DNA from: a virus
Length of the DNA stretch: 64,000 bases
Virus record (IMG/VR): IMGVR_UViG_3300009082_000018
Span: 32,001-96,000 of that record
Strand: one strand, 5' to 3'
Shown: positions 41,625-52,072 of the stretch, piece by piece
Position numbering within the stretch: position 1 is the stretch's first letter
Layout of the letters: the number at the start of each line of letters is the position of its first letter
Made by a program: the position numbers and the translations under genes
Notes under the pieces: model-generated
Told to the model about the DNA's origin: nothing
Seen by the model: the letters and a program-made list of their open reading frames with translations, nothing else
Database searches by the model: none

Positions 41625-42266
41625 TTACTGGGGCCTCTTCATGGGAGGCTTGCGTGCTGGAGGGGTAGTGGTTGACTCTTCCTGGGCCTTGCTAGCCATC
41701 TCAGCCTTGCTCTTGCGCTCTTCCTTCCGTCGTTCACGCTCCTCTGCGTAGCGAGCTGCCTTCTCGCGGGCGGCTTCTTTCAGGATAATTGGATCAGCCT
41801 GTCCCTCTGTCCGGTAGTTGGCGCCCAGCTGCAGCAGCATGTCTCGCCGCTGGTTCATTGCCATCATGCCAGCGGTAGCGAGCCCTGCCTGCTTCTTGGC
41901 GTTGTTGTATCGGGACAGCAGCTCTTGGTACTCAGTGGAGGTGGTGACTTCGTTCTCGACCATCTTCTCGGTGTACTTGATCGGAACCTGCTTATTGGTC
42001 TTGGCATCGACGGCAGCGATCTGTGCCTTGGTCCTGACCTTGTGGTCGAGTCGAGCGTAGAGAACGTCCAGCTCCGACTTGATCTGATTGACCTGATCCT
42101 TTGCGTGCTCGGTCAGGAACGCCCACCAGGCATACTTCTCAGCCTGGCCCAGGAACTCTTGATCCAGGTTCCCGTTGTCGATCTGAACATCGTCAGCGAT
42201 TGGGTTGCCCCAGTCTCTGTCGTTGACTTGGAGTGGTGTTGCGAGCCCGTTGAAGTCTTTGTCCAT
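41625..42266 (-). CDS. UvsY-like recombination mediator
   Basis: Helical ID..NL..EF..Q...Y..W, TE..VE..V.....Y, A...R.DML.QL; lies between polymerase and SSB. Confidence 0.65.
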   Translation of the reverse strand: MDKDFNGLATPLQVNDRDWGNPIADDVQIDNGNLDQEFLGQAEKYAWWAFLTEHAKDQVNQIKSELDVLYARLDHKVRTKAQIAAVDAKTNKQVPIKYTEKMVENEVTTSTEYQELLSRYNNAKKQAGLATAGMMAMNQRRDMLLQLGANYRTEGQADPIILKEAAREKAARYAEERERRKEERKSKAEMASKAQEESTTTPPARKPPMKRPQ

Positions 42267-42329
42267 CGTGTCCCCTTTGCCCTTTATACAGGCGAGGTGG
42301 GTCTTACTGGACAATCGGCCATGTCGATT

Positions 42330-44339
42330 TCACATGTGGAGGGCTTTTTTCCCTGCCCAAGAATCACGGGCATAGGAGACCTCGGCGATGATGGGAATCG
42401 AGAAGTTCCAGTCTTCCATAGTCTTTACGATTGGGTTGAGGACCGGCAACTCGTTCTTGTGGATGTAGAACACCAATTCGTCGTGGATCGTCATGACGAG
42501 CCGAGATCTCATCCCGCGCAGGATGTCGCCGACCCGGACCATGGCCACCTTGAACAGGTCAGCGCAGGTTCCCTGAATCAGGAAATTGACCGCTTGTCGC
42601 TGGCAGCGCTCGCGCTCCCACTTCTCCAGCCTTGGGTTGTTCAACTCCTCGAACCGGCGGTAGCGACCGAAGTAGTTCTGGACGTACTTGTCTGTCAGAA
42701 CTAGGCCAGACGTTCTGATGATCCACCGCTTAAGCTGCCGGAGCTTGGCGAAGTACTGGTCGATGAACTTCTGACACTGATCTTTGGCGAACTGCCTCTT
42801 GGGGGAGCTGATCTTAGCCCGCAGGTTTTCGGCGCCGCCACCGTAGATCACAAGGAAGTTGGTTGTCTTGGCTACCTTTCGAAGGAGGGACACTTCCTCG
42901 AACTTGGGATGGGCGTTGTCGTCCAAGATCTTCAGAACTTCATCGTAGTCGTAGCCGAACACCTCGCAGAGGGTGTTGGTGTGAACGTCACGCTTGGTGA
43001 CATTGTAGCAGTCGAGGAGTACTGGATCTTGGCTGTAGTGAGCTGTCAGTCGGACCTCGACCTGCGAGTAGTCAATGAAGACCATGATGTATCCGTCTGG
43101 GCAGACGAAAGCCTTTCGGATCGTCTTGGTCTTCGCAGGTATGTTCTGCAAATTGGGACCTTGGCTCGACATGCGGCCCGTGGTCACATTTTGGTTGTAG
43201 GTGCAATGAAGGTAGTCGTTGGGATCGAGCTTGCTGAGGATGTTCTCAACGTAGGTGCTCTTGAGCTTCTTGGTCTGTCGGAAGTGAAGAATATCCTCGC
43301 ACACATCGTACTTGATAGCGAGTTTCTCCATGACCTCGACGTCGAGGCTGATCTTCCCTTTGTCTGTCTTCTTCGTGAGTGGAATCTTCAGACGCTGAAA
43401 AGCTTTGGCCAGCTCATCGTTGGAAGCGAGGTTGATCTGTGCCCCAAGCTTTTTCAGTGCTGACTCTTCGTACTTCTTGGCTTCAGCCTCGAGGTCCGGT
43501 CCTGCTTTCTCAAGGTACTGGCGGCTGATGTACACCCCCCTGTGTTCCATCTCGAGGAGAACCCAGAGCAGTTGGCTCTCCATGAGGTAGAGGTTGCGCA
43601 GATCTTCATTCTCGGCCACTTTGGGCATCTTCTTCTTCCAGAGAGCCCAGGTGTAGTGGGTGTCTGACGCCGAATAGGGCGTCATCATGTTGATCGGGAC
43701 CATCCCGTAATGGACATTCTTCTTCTTGCGCATCAGCGTGCGCTTGGGATTGGTCGGCGTTGGCGCAGGGATTTTCTCGCGACCCTTTTTGGTGCGGAAA
43801 TCGTCGATCGCCACTTCCCACATGTCACAATTGGGATCAATCTCCTGCTTGGACAGTTCCTTCAACTCGGCAGAGCCAGTCTCTCTGAGCAGCTTGTGCT
43901 GAATCAGAACGTCGTGGACCACTCCTCGAGGTGTGATCCCTTCGTTCAGGTAGAAGTGAAGATCGAACTTGGCGTTGAACCAAATTGTGATCAAGTCTTC
44001 TTGATCGAAGAATTCCTTCAGGTCATCGATGATGTCTTCGATCTTTAGCTGCTGCTCTCCGGTCTCGTGCCGAACAGGGATGTAGTAGCTGTTCTCTGCA
44101 CCCCAACTGAAACTGACGCCTACGATGTGGCCGCCAGAGAAATCCAGGCTGTTGGTCTCTGTGTCGCAGGCCACCTGCTTTCGTGTCATGAGCTGCTTGT
44201 GGAAGTGCTTCCACAGTGGCATGGTGTCGATCAGGGTGTAGACTCCCCCTGCCACACCTTTCCATGTCCTAGCTTTCAGCGGATCATTCAGTCCGATGGG
44301 TGTGATCACAAAGGCTCCTGCTGTCTTGCCAGGCCACAC
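42330..44339 (-). CDS. family A DNA polymerase (3'-5' exonuclease plus polymerase, no 5' nuclease)
   Basis: DTET, NAKFD, Y...D; TGRMSS..PNLQNIP, DYSQ.E.R, R..AK..NF...YG, IHDEL. Confidence 0.95.
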   Translation of the reverse strand: MWPGKTAGAFVITPIGLNDPLKARTWKGVAGGVYTLIDTMPLWKHFHKQLMTRKQVACDTETNSLDFSGGHIVGVSFSWGAENSYYIPVRHETGEQQLKIEDIIDDLKEFFDQEDLITIWFNAKFDLHFYLNEGITPRGVVHDVLIQHKLLRETGSAELKELSKQEIDPNCDMWEVAIDDFRTKKGREKIPAPTPTNPKRTLMRKKKNVHYGMVPINMMTPYSASDTHYTWALWKKKMPKVAENEDLRNLYLMESQLLWVLLEMEHRGVYISRQYLEKAGPDLEAEAKKYEESALKKLGAQINLASNDELAKAFQRLKIPLTKKTDKGKISLDVEVMEKLAIKYDVCEDILHFRQTKKLKSTYVENILSKLDPNDYLHCTYNQNVTTGRMSSQGPNLQNIPAKTKTIRKAFVCPDGYIMVFIDYSQVEVRLTAHYSQDPVLLDCYNVTKRDVHTNTLCEVFGYDYDEVLKILDDNAHPKFEEVSLLRKVAKTTNFLVIYGGGAENLRAKISSPKRQFAKDQCQKFIDQYFAKLRQLKRWIIRTSGLVLTDKYVQNYFGRYRRFEELNNPRLEKWERERCQRQAVNFLIQGTCADLFKVAMVRVGDILRGMRSRLVMTIHDELVFYIHKNELPVLNPIVKTMEDWNFSIPIIAEVSYARDSWAGKKALHM

Positions 44340-44599
44340 AGTTCTTGTGCCTTCTCAGAGGCGATTCGATCGAGAGGCGGAATCATCAGGAAGAGCACAG
44401 CCTGCTTGTTCCACAGGCTCATGTTGTGCCACTCAACGTAGAGGGCGTCGAGGCAGTAGAAGGGTCTGCCATCGTATAAGGGTCTGCCATCTACGAGACC
44501 GTTGGCGTGCATCCAGAACCGTACGAAAAACGGGTCCCCCTGGAAAAGGACTCGCTGGACGAACTCCTCACACCTTCGACGATCGTAGTCTACGCTCAC
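44306..44599 (-). CDS. hypothetical protein
   Basis: Fills the gap on the coding strand. Confidence 0.5.
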   Translation of the reverse strand: MSVDYDRRRCEEFVQRVLFQGDPFFVRFWMHANGLVDGRPLYDGRPFYCLDALYVEWHNMSLWNKQAVLFLMIPPLDRIASEKAQELCGLARQQEPL

Positions 44600-44611
44600 T
44601 TCATTCTCCGT

Positions 44612-44893
44612 TCACAGCTTCACTCCACGCTTGCCAGCGTAGTCTTTCACACGCTCGAGGTTGTCCTTGAAGCTGGCACGAGAGTGATCTTCGCTCCTCT
44701 TCTTGAGCATGGCGTTACGAACTTCTGGGTCGTTGCTCTGGAGGTAGGCACTGCCTCCGACGATGCGAACGAACTTGGTGCTCTTGCACTTGGGGCATGC
44801 CGTGTCGTCGGCGTCAGGTTCTGCCTTGCTGTTCTTGAGCCAAATTGTACGGACGTGTCCACACTCACACTGCACGTCGACGACGAACGGCAT
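44612..44893 (-). CDS. FmdB-like zinc ribbon protein
   Basis: MP.....C.CGH...CPKC.S....R; AGGAGG SD. Confidence 0.7.
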   Translation of the reverse strand: MPFVVDVQCECGHVRTIWLKNSKAEPDADDTACPKCKSTKFVRIVGGSAYLQSNDPEVRNAMLKKRSEDHSRASFKDNLERVKDYAGKRGVKL

Positions 44894-44905
44894 GTGACCC
44901 TCCTG

Positions 44906-45328
44906 CTAGAGATTCGTGAACGTGGGTGCAGGACGAGCGCTAGTGTTCTTGCGCTCCTGATCTTCGATCTTGAAGATCTGCTTGTTCTTGTCGTTGATTT
45001 GCTTCTGCAGATCCTTGTTCTTCTGAGCGAACCTCTTCTCCTCGGCCTTCATGTCCTTCTCGAGAGCCCTGGCAGCGTCAACCAGCTGCCGGCAGAGGAA
45101 CAGGTATTGCGAGGCATCGACCTGGATGCCAGCTGCTTTGAGGGACTTCTGGAAGCTCTTCAGCTCCGTCTTGCAGCCTTCCATGACGTCCCAGTTGGGG
45201 TAGAAGTCAGGGACATCTGGGAGATCGTACATCTGGTTTTCCAGATCATCGATCTCTTTCTGCAGTTTCTGGACCGGGGACAGCTCCTTCTTGCCGTTCT
45301 TCTTGCCCGCCTTGGCCTTGGTAGCCAT
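44906..45328 (-). CDS. coiled-coil hypothetical protein
   Basis: AGGAG SD. Confidence 0.6.
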   Translation of the reverse strand: MATKAKAGKKNGKKELSPVQKLQKEIDDLENQMYDLPDVPDFYPNWDVMEGCKTELKSFQKSLKAAGIQVDASQYLFLCRQLVDAARALEKDMKAEEKRFAQKNKDLQKQINDKNKQIFKIEDQERKNTSARPAPTFTNL

Positions 45329-45337
45329 GATGATCTC

Positions 45338-45826
45338 CTATCTTGTGCTCTTCTGCATGTTGGACCGAATCTCTCGGTCACGTTCAGACTTCTCTTGCTT
45401 TCGTTTCTCTGGAGACTTGTAGCTGTCTTTCTTCTTGTCTCGTTCCGTCTTTCCTGTTCGATGAGTTCTGCTACCGTTGCCGGCCTCTCCAGACAATCGC
45501 TTCTCCCAGTCCTCCTGGTCACGTTTGCGCCTGGATTCGAACTCCTGACGCATGCGAGCGTCTTCGACGTCTGCCTCTGGAACCACCTGGGTCAGACCTG
45601 AGATCAGATCTTTGGCTGCTGCCACGGAGAAGAACATGACCTTCTTCCCAAGATCGCATCGGATTGAAACGAACTCGCGGCTCAGCTTACCGTCGTCTCG
45701 TCTCCTCTGTTGAACCAGAGCCGCGATCTTCACGGTAGGTTCTTCCTCCGGACCAACAGAAGTCTCCTTGATGGTGCGGACAACAGTATAGGGCGAGCCA
45801 ACTCTCGAGGCAGCAGTATCTTCCAT
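45338..45826 (-). CDS. hypothetical protein with basic tail
   Basis: GGGAG SD before ATG 45826. Confidence 0.55.
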   Translation of the reverse strand: MEDTAASRVGSPYTVVRTIKETSVGPEEEPTVKIAALVQQRRRDDGKLSREFVSIRCDLGKKVMFFSVAAAKDLISGLTQVVPEADVEDARMRQEFESRRKRDQEDWEKRLSGEAGNGSRTHRTGKTERDKKKDSYKSPEKRKQEKSERDREIRSNMQKSTR

Positions 45827-45857
45827 GACGATCTCCCAGGTTGTCAGGCAGAGTAGA

Positions 45858-46532
45858 TCAGTTGGTGTCGGTCTCGACCTCAGCACGCTCACGAGCCTGC
45901 TCGGCCTTGTCCTTGACAGCCTGCTTGGCTGCCCGCTTCTTGGCCTCCTCGGCTTTCTTCTTGCCCACCCCGTTGTGCTTGCGGGCATCAGCCGTCTTGA
46001 CGGCCTTCTTCATGGAGACCTTCTTCACCTTCTTGTCAGCGGGCTTGGCCTTGGCAGTCTTCTTGGCAGCAGGCTTGGCCTTGGCAGTCTTCTTGGTCTT
46101 CGCAGCGGACTTGGCCTTGGCAGTTGTTTTCTTCTTGCCGCCGCCCTCCTTGGCCTCCTTCTCCCGCTTCTTGCGAGCCGCTTCCTTCTCCTCGTCAGTC
46201 ATCGGCTTGCGACCACGCTTGGTGCCGAAGGACTTGGTGGCCTCTTTGCCATCCTTGACCCACCGCTTGCCGGTCGTGGTCAGCTTGTAAGTGCCATAGG
46301 CTGACTTCTCAGCCCAGCCGTCACGAATCAACCGGCGGATGCTGTTGCGGACCATGCTCTGGGCCATGGCGTCGACTTCCTCTTCGCCCCAGCCCTTCTC
46401 GTAGGTCTCCTTGCAACGCTCGGTGGCGTCCTTGGCGAACTTCTTCTTCATCTCAGCGATGTTGTGAACTTCACCGTCTGAGAGCACGTCGTAGCACTTC
46501 TGTTCCTTGGAGTTGAAACCCTTGATCTTCAT
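45858..46532 (-). CDS. winged-helix-like domain plus histone H1-like Lys/Ala-rich tail
   Basis: RNSIRRL.RDGW......Y.LT..GK wing pattern; KKTAKAKPAA repeats. Confidence 0.65.
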   Translation of the reverse strand: MKIKGFNSKEQKCYDVLSDGEVHNIAEMKKKFAKDATERCKETYEKGWGEEEVDAMAQSMVRNSIRRLIRDGWAEKSAYGTYKLTTTGKRWVKDGKEATKSFGTKRGRKPMTDEEKEAARKKREKEAKEGGGKKKTTAKAKSAAKTKKTAKAKPAAKKTAKAKPADKKVKKVSMKKAVKTADARKHNGVGKKKAEEAKKRAAKQAVKDKAEQARERAEVETDTN

Positions 46533-47467
46533 TGACCCTTCTCCTGTTCTTGGTCCGCCATTGGCATGATCCCTAGATGCTCAAACACCTCGGCAAAACG
46601 ATCAACTTGCGCCTTTCGATGGATGTAGACTCGGTGTGGGTAGAACCTGTACCGCTTGCGCAGCATGCCTTGAGGAGGATGCTCGATCTTCAGTGTGGGC
46701 ACGACCTTTAGGACCGCTTTCGCGAGGTCGCCTGAGATATCCATCCATCCGCCGCCAGGCGCTGTCATCCACAAGCGCAAAAAGTGAAAACCATCTCTAA
46801 AGAACTGATGGTAGTTTGATCGCCTTGATACCATAACTCCAGAACCAAAGCGATCCCTAAATTGCTTTGGCGCAAGTTCTAGATCTTCTTTGGTTTTTAC
46901 CGAAGGGAACATCCAGGAATCAGGTAGAGCAGGAGGGCTCCCAAGCAGTTCCCAGATCAATGTTGCCAACTTGTCGATCGGCCTTCCTTGGTCTACGTAG
47001 GGGAAGCGGGTGTACTTCCTAACCTTCACCTTGATCTTCTTACGCTTGTTCTTGCCTATGGTCTGAGGTGGGATCTCCTGGGTGTCCTGGTAGGACGCAG
47101 GTGACTCTTCCTTCTTCTGCTCTACGCCCAAAGCTCTGGTGTAGACCAACTCACACAGCGATCTCAGATCACAGTCCCACTGGTCACAGATTCCGCCCAC
47201 GTCTGTGTCGTTCTCGGTGGCGATCACAGAGTCGATGAACCAGTTGCGACCGAAGCATGGGGCTCGTTCAATGGTGTCACGTACCGCCGGACTTTGCGAA
47301 GCTTTGAGCTTGGCGATCTCTTCGATGAACGGATCGATGGACATGGGTTCCGGCTCTGGACGAGGCTCTTCGAACTCGTCACCGTCATCATCGATCTTCT
47401 TCTTTGGTTGCTTGAAGCCCATGGCGTGGTGGGTAAGCATGGGCATGGTGTCGTCTTTGTCGGTCAT
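46529..47467 (-). CDS. hypothetical protein with CFG...C...C..C cluster
   Basis: 312-aa ORF with ATGA overlap. Confidence 0.6.
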   Translation of the reverse strand: MTDKDDTMPMLTHHAMGFKQPKKKIDDDGDEFEEPRPEPEPMSIDPFIEEIAKLKASQSPAVRDTIERAPCFGRNWFIDSVIATENDTDVGGICDQWDCDLRSLCELVYTRALGVEQKKEESPASYQDTQEIPPQTIGKNKRKKIKVKVRKYTRFPYVDQGRPIDKLATLIWELLGSPPALPDSWMFPSVKTKEDLELAPKQFRDRFGSGVMVSRRSNYHQFFRDGFHFLRLWMTAPGGGWMDISGDLAKAVLKVVPTLKIEHPPQGMLRKRYRFYPHRVYIHRKAQVDRFAEVFEHLGIMPMADQEQEKGQ

Positions 47468-47473
47468 CAGGAG

Positions 47474-47854
47474 TTACCGCTTTTCTGTGGTCTTAGTCCG
47501 CTCGTGTCTAATGATATTGTGCGCTACATTGAGCCTATCATGTGCGATGGTCAGGTTCATCATGTGGAGATCGAAAATGTCTTGTACCTGGTCCGGGGTC
47601 AAGTCACCACATTGGGCAAGCCCCAGGTAGGGAGTGGGCGCAAAGTGCATGGGCTCAAACCTTGTGCGGTCCACGACTGTGAACTCGATCGGCAGGTCAC
47701 CGTCTGGGTCCTTGTCGAATTTGGCCTCGATCAGAGCATCGATGATGCCACAGAGCTGCGGCACATCCGTAGGCTGGACCTCAGCCCATCCTCCTTTGCT
47801 TTTGCGTTTCTGGGCCAAGAACCTGTCGATCTTGGTGAGAAGACTCTTATTCAT
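47474..47854 (-). CDS. hypothetical protein
   Basis: ORF on the coding strand. Confidence 0.55.
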   Translation of the reverse strand: MNKSLLTKIDRFLAQKRKSKGGWAEVQPTDVPQLCGIIDALIEAKFDKDPDGDLPIEFTVVDRTRFEPMHFAPTPYLGLAQCGDLTPDQVQDIFDLHMMNLTIAHDRLNVAHNIIRHERTKTTEKR

Positions 47855-47903
47855 TTCTTGATCTCCTCTGGCCAGGCACCTTTTCCCACTTCAAGCTCAT
47901 GGT

Positions 47904-48146
47904 TCACCAATCCTGATCTTGGTCGCAAGGAGTTCCCACATCGATGTCCAGAGTCCCATTCTTGATCGTGGCCCAGAAGTACGCCTTGGGCCTCTCCCCC
48001 AGAGCCTTCACCAACGCTTCGGGTGGGTTGAAGAATTGCGTGAAGGTTCGATCCTCATCGTAGATATAGAACCCAGGGTCCTTCCCTTCCTTCCAGTCAG
48101 AGGAAAAGAGAGGCTGCTGGACCTTCACGATGAATCGCTTGCTCAT
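47904..48146 (-). CDS. small hypothetical phage protein
   Basis: IVKVQ.PL...IY.E.R...KAYF.A pattern; AAGGA SD. Confidence 0.6.
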   Translation of the reverse strand: MSKRFIVKVQQPLFSSDWKEGKDPGFYIYDEDRTFTQFFNPPEALVKALGERPKAYFWATIKNGTLDIDVGTPCDQDQDW

Positions 48147-49702
48147 GCTACATCCTTCTTTCGTCGAGCTGACCGGCGGATGGCTGGGATGAACGGCGCG
48201 TTCCTGGGACCCTTGATGTGATCCTTGCGCCAGAACAAAAGCACGGACATCCACTCATCTCGCTTCTTTGGAGCCACGCCTCGCTTGGCCAATTCCTTGG
48301 CAGTCTCTGAGTCGGGCCATTGGTCTGTGAAGATCTTTCGACGTTTGTCTCGACGCAGCTGTTTCTCTAGTTTTGGATCAAGTGGTAGCGGACCTCGCAT
48401 GATTCGACAGTTGGTGCTGCCTCGCACATCGTGCCGGTATCGCAATTCCCAATGCCTGCGTGGGGCGGACAGAACCTGCCGCTGCTTCTCCTGCAGGATG
48501 TCCTCGTGCATGGTGATCGTGTAGTAGGGCGCGGGGATGTGCTGCAACTTCATTCGCTTGGCGGACTTCTTGTACCTGTTCCGGTAGCCGAAGGACTTGG
48601 TCCTCTCTTCGATGGTCACCTGGTGATCGTTGATCCACTCAACAATCCAGGTCACCACCCAAGGCATCAACGTTGCCGGCCTTACCCATTCGTCCCCTTT
48701 CCGATCAGTGAATGGTAGTATGCTTGCGTGCTCTCCATGCTTCCCGTGGACAATATTGGCGAGTGTGAACACAGTTCCTGTCGACGTAATGATGACTGCA
48801 CACAGCCAAGCTGATCCAGTTTCTTCCAGGCTGTTAATGTTATAAGCCATCCTTTGGATTTCTGACATCTCCAATGGCGGATCGATGGCAAGGTAGAGAA
48901 CATCAAATGGGAACTTCTCTGGCCACATACTGCCACAGGTATCTTTGATCGTCTTCATGTACTTGGCAGCATGATCATCATCTCTGATTACAACACCGTC
49001 GTAGTCCCAACCGCAGTTCTTCGTGGTCAGTCGATCTGCGAGGTGGTAGAAGTTTGCAAATAGACTCACCGGCACTTCGAAGATGCGTGCCTGGTTGACC
49101 AATCCCCAGTTGAGACTGGCTCTCTGACGTTCAGCTTCTCCCAGCTCGGTGGCTGCAGAGGCCTTTCGAAACGTCGCCAATGCTGTGAGGTACAGCTCCA
49201 CAACCAGGTCCCGACCATTGATGAACGTGGTCTTGTTATTTGGATCACCTGGGATGCCGGGGATACGAAACGGAACCGTGTTCGATACCATCTCCTCGAG
49301 TGGGGCTCGTTGATTGACAATGTCGACCCACTTGTCAAAGGCCGCAGCTCCTTCCGGCGACAGGACGGACCTGAACTTCATGAGTTTCTCAGCTCTAAGC
49401 CTGGCCGCTCCAGGAAACTTAGTGATGTCTCCACCAGACTCGAACACCTTCACTGCTATTGACCCAAGCTCGTTGGCGATCTGCTCTTCGATGCGCTTGA
49501 CCTCGTTGGCCAGACCGCAATCGATGCACTTCTCCTGCTCGATGTGCTTCTCGAGGAACTTGATCCGCAGCTCTGCTGCGTTGGGCTCGTCCCAGGTCTC
49601 GGACGTGTACTCCACCGCATCCATGCAGAAGCCACCCTGCCAGATGTTGACTAGCTTCTGCCACTTCTTAGGATCGGTTATAGGCTTCACCGGGCACCTC
49701 AC
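48143..49702 (-). CDS. hypothetical phage protein with H.VRG...W...H.KGP motif
   Basis: 519-aa ORF; C-terminal RHDVRG and WRKDHIKGP. Confidence 0.6.
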   Translation of the reverse strand: MRCPVKPITDPKKWQKLVNIWQGGFCMDAVEYTSETWDEPNAAELRIKFLEKHIEQEKCIDCGLANEVKRIEEQIANELGSIAVKVFESGGDITKFPGAARLRAEKLMKFRSVLSPEGAAAFDKWVDIVNQRAPLEEMVSNTVPFRIPGIPGDPNNKTTFINGRDLVVELYLTALATFRKASAATELGEAERQRASLNWGLVNQARIFEVPVSLFANFYHLADRLTTKNCGWDYDGVVIRDDDHAAKYMKTIKDTCGSMWPEKFPFDVLYLAIDPPLEMSEIQRMAYNINSLEETGSAWLCAVIITSTGTVFTLANIVHGKHGEHASILPFTDRKGDEWVRPATLMPWVVTWIVEWINDHQVTIEERTKSFGYRNRYKKSAKRMKLQHIPAPYYTITMHEDILQEKQRQVLSAPRRHWELRYRHDVRGSTNCRIMRGPLPLDPKLEKQLRRDKRRKIFTDQWPDSETAKELAKRGVAPKKRDEWMSVLLFWRKDHIKGPRNAPFIPAIRRSARRKKDVA

Positions 49703-50207
49703 TCAGCAGCCTGTCAATGACCCTCTTGATCTTGGTTCTGGAGTACTTCACCTGCCTCTTGGTCACACCGAGATATGAAGCCAGCCGCCAGTTAGCGATG
49801 GTCCCGCGCTCTCTCACCTGGTCTGTCACCAGATGCACTGGAGGATTGGCCAGAGTCTGGAAGACCTTCCTGTCCATGGGTCCAAGCTGGCTACTGATCT
49901 TCTCAATCAGGCTGTCGTATGATTGCTCTGGGATTGAGTAGCTACTACAAGTCTCAGCAGCGAAGACAGTGTTGTATTTGATTCTAGCTACCTCTGCCTC
50001 CATCATGTTGATGGCTCGCCACCGCAGATGCCGGCCAATGAACGTGAGGAAGGTGTTCTCTGAGTCGTCGTAGCGCGGAGTGGCAGTCACGACCTCGAGC
50101 CACAAGTCCTGCAACGCATCATCGAAGGAAAGGGACGGCATGTGGGTCACCATCCAGTGGGCAAACCACTTCACCGCTCTGTGTACGTCAGGACTTGTGA
50201 TATTCAT
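49668..50207 (-). CDS. ECF/sigma70-like RNA polymerase sigma factor
   Basis: DD.LQD.WL......YD....F.TF...L.W region 2; C-terminal HTH LA.YLGVT..QV....KI. Confidence 0.75.
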   Translation of the reverse strand: MNITSPDVHRAVKWFAHWMVTHMPSLSFDDALQDLWLEVVTATPRYDDSENTFLTFIGRHLRWRAINMMEAEVARIKYNTVFAAETCSSYSIPEQSYDSLIEKISSQLGPMDRKVFQTLANPPVHLVTDQVRERGTIANWRLASYLGVTKRQVKYSRTKIKRVIDRLLSEVPGEAYNRS

Positions 50208-52072
50208 CGGGCACCTATATGGACCTGCTGATTCTTCCGCAGTAGCCGATCCAACTCTCCTAGCATCACCTTAGGAAGGTCTGTCAGATCGTTGATCACG
50301 ACTGAGTTTTTGAAGTACTTCTTCACATTGTCGGTCATGATGCCGACAGCGAAGACTTCGATTGCTTTCTCTACTTCCTTGGCCACCCTCTTGAGGTACA
50401 GCTCATGATCTTCTTGGAACTGTTGCACGTTTGGGCACGGCTCACCGTCGTTGAACCAGAACAGCAAGCGACGAGGCTCCTGGTATGAGAGGAGCCTCTG
50501 AGCCGCCAGCCTCAGGCACTCACCGTCGTAGGTGTTGTCGTGTTGCTGTCGCTCCATGGCAGCACATCGGTGCTTGACCACGTGCCACGACTCGTTGAAG
50601 GACTTGTAAACCCCGACCCAGATGCCGCCCCAGCGAGTGAACACCTTCTGATCGGCAGGCGAGGCACTCTCGTAGACTGAGTAGCCTGCATAGGACGAGG
50701 TGGATGTCGAGAACCCGCAGACCTCGAATGGGATCTTCAGGGCTTCCAGTACCTCACCGAAAAGCATGGCACTGGCAGCAGCCAGTCTGAGCTTGGCACC
50801 GTGCATGGAGCCAGAGTGGTCCACCCAAAGGCTGGCTCTGGTATTGAACTCCGGGGCCTCGACACGCTGCCAGAAGACTCGTTTGCTGGTCTCGAGGCTG
50901 ACACGGAAGAGGGACCGTCGATCGACCTTCCCACGCTCCTTACCCGGGTCTCGAAGAGCGCGGTTGCGGGCCAAGAGGTTCCGCATCATCTTCATCTTCA
51001 TGACATTGGTAATCGCTCGGCTCTCGTCGAAGAGCTTACGAGCTGCCTGGATGTCACCACCATGGACCGGACTGATCTCATCCCTCTCCGTGGTGTAGAC
51101 CAGGTAGGAACCACGAGACTGTTGCTGCGTCTTACGAGCTTCCTCACTCGCCAACTGCTGCCGGTCAGATAGCTGGTCATCCTGCTGTTGCTGCTGGTCC
51201 GTGGGATCGAAGTCAGACTTCAACGACTCGGGAGTGTCGTTTCCCTCGTCCAGATCGTCACCCTCTTCCTCGTCAGAACCATCCCCATCCGTTTCATCCT
51301 GATCTTCGTCATCATCTCCTGGAGCAGCCGGAGAATCACCCGGCTCTGTCTTCTTGTTGTCCTTCCGGCGACGCCGACGCTTCTTCTTGCCATCTCCATC
51401 ACCATCGGACTCAGACTCATCACCTTCGTTTCCTTCTTCCTCTGGTGGCGGCTCAGCCAGCTCGTGCAACTTGGTCAAGATCTGTTCAGCCAACTCGAGG
51501 GTGGCCTTGTTGTCTGGCTGGTCCTTGGCAGTGACCAGGAGTGGAGCAACCTCTTCGACGTACTCCCAGAGCTTGGGCTCCGTGATCCTGACCCACTTGG
51601 TGAACTCATGGTCCTGGCCAAGCCCGGCCACTGCGCCGCACATCTGAGAAAGCTTGCCCCACTCGGACAAGCGATCCCAATTGCCGATGAGTCTCTTAGT
51701 GGCCCAGGAAGCAGTCTTCTCAAAGTTGGGCCGGCAGCCCCTCCACTTTTTGATCATGGCTGCTTCGATGCGAGCATCCTCGCAGATGTTGACCATGGTG
51801 TGTAGCTTCTTGGGGGTCTTGTGCTTCTTGATCTTGGTGCCAAGAGTGAAGTCACTGTGCAGAACGTGGCTGGATTCGTGATCCACCAAGCCTGGGATGG
51901 CTTGCAGGAATTCCTCGGGGGCGCCCTCGCCGATGACGGGGAGGAAGATGCGCTTGCCGTCGGTGCAGCAGAGATCACCCTTGAAGATTACTTCGATGCC
52001 GTAGTTCTCAGCCAAAATGCGGCTGAGCTTCTCAGTGGTGTTCTCGATGAGCTGCACACGAGCGGTCTTCAT
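50204..52072 (-). CDS. CobT-like protein (HE..H domain, acidic linker, VWA domain)
   Basis: DHESSH, N..EDARIE, DHSGSM MIDAS, NDGEP. Confidence 0.85.
   Translation of the reverse strand: MKTARVQLIENTTEKLSRILAENYGIEVIFKGDLCCTDGKRIFLPVIGEGAPEEFLQAIPGLVDHESSHVLHSDFTLGTKIKKHKTPKKLHTMVNICEDARIEAAMIKKWRGCRPNFEKTASWATKRLIGNWDRLSEWGKLSQMCGAVAGLGQDHEFTKWVRITEPKLWEYVEEVAPLLVTAKDQPDNKATLELAEQILTKLHELAEPPPEEEGNEGDESESDGDGDGKKKRRRRRKDNKKTEPGDSPAAPGDDDEDQDETDGDGSDEEEGDDLDEGNDTPESLKSDFDPTDQQQQQDDQLSDRQQLASEEARKTQQQSRGSYLVYTTERDEISPVHGGDIQAARKLFDESRAITNVMKMKMMRNLLARNRALRDPGKERGKVDRRSLFRVSLETSKRVFWQRVEAPEFNTRASLWVDHSGSMHGAKLRLAAASAMLFGEVLEALKIPFEVCGFSTSTSSYAGYSVYESASPADQKVFTRWGGIWVGVYKSFNESWHVVKHRCAAMERQQHDNTYDGECLRLAAQRLLSYQEPRRLLFWFNDGEPCPNVQQFQEDHELYLKRVAKEVEKAIEVFAVGIMTDNVKKYFKNSVVINDLTDLPKVMLGELDRLLRKNQQVHIGAR

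Noticed and set aside
42330-44339. Intein or intron in the polymerase, helicases, RecA or terminase
   Set aside because: Lengths are normal, motifs are contiguous, and no intein-like insertion is visible.
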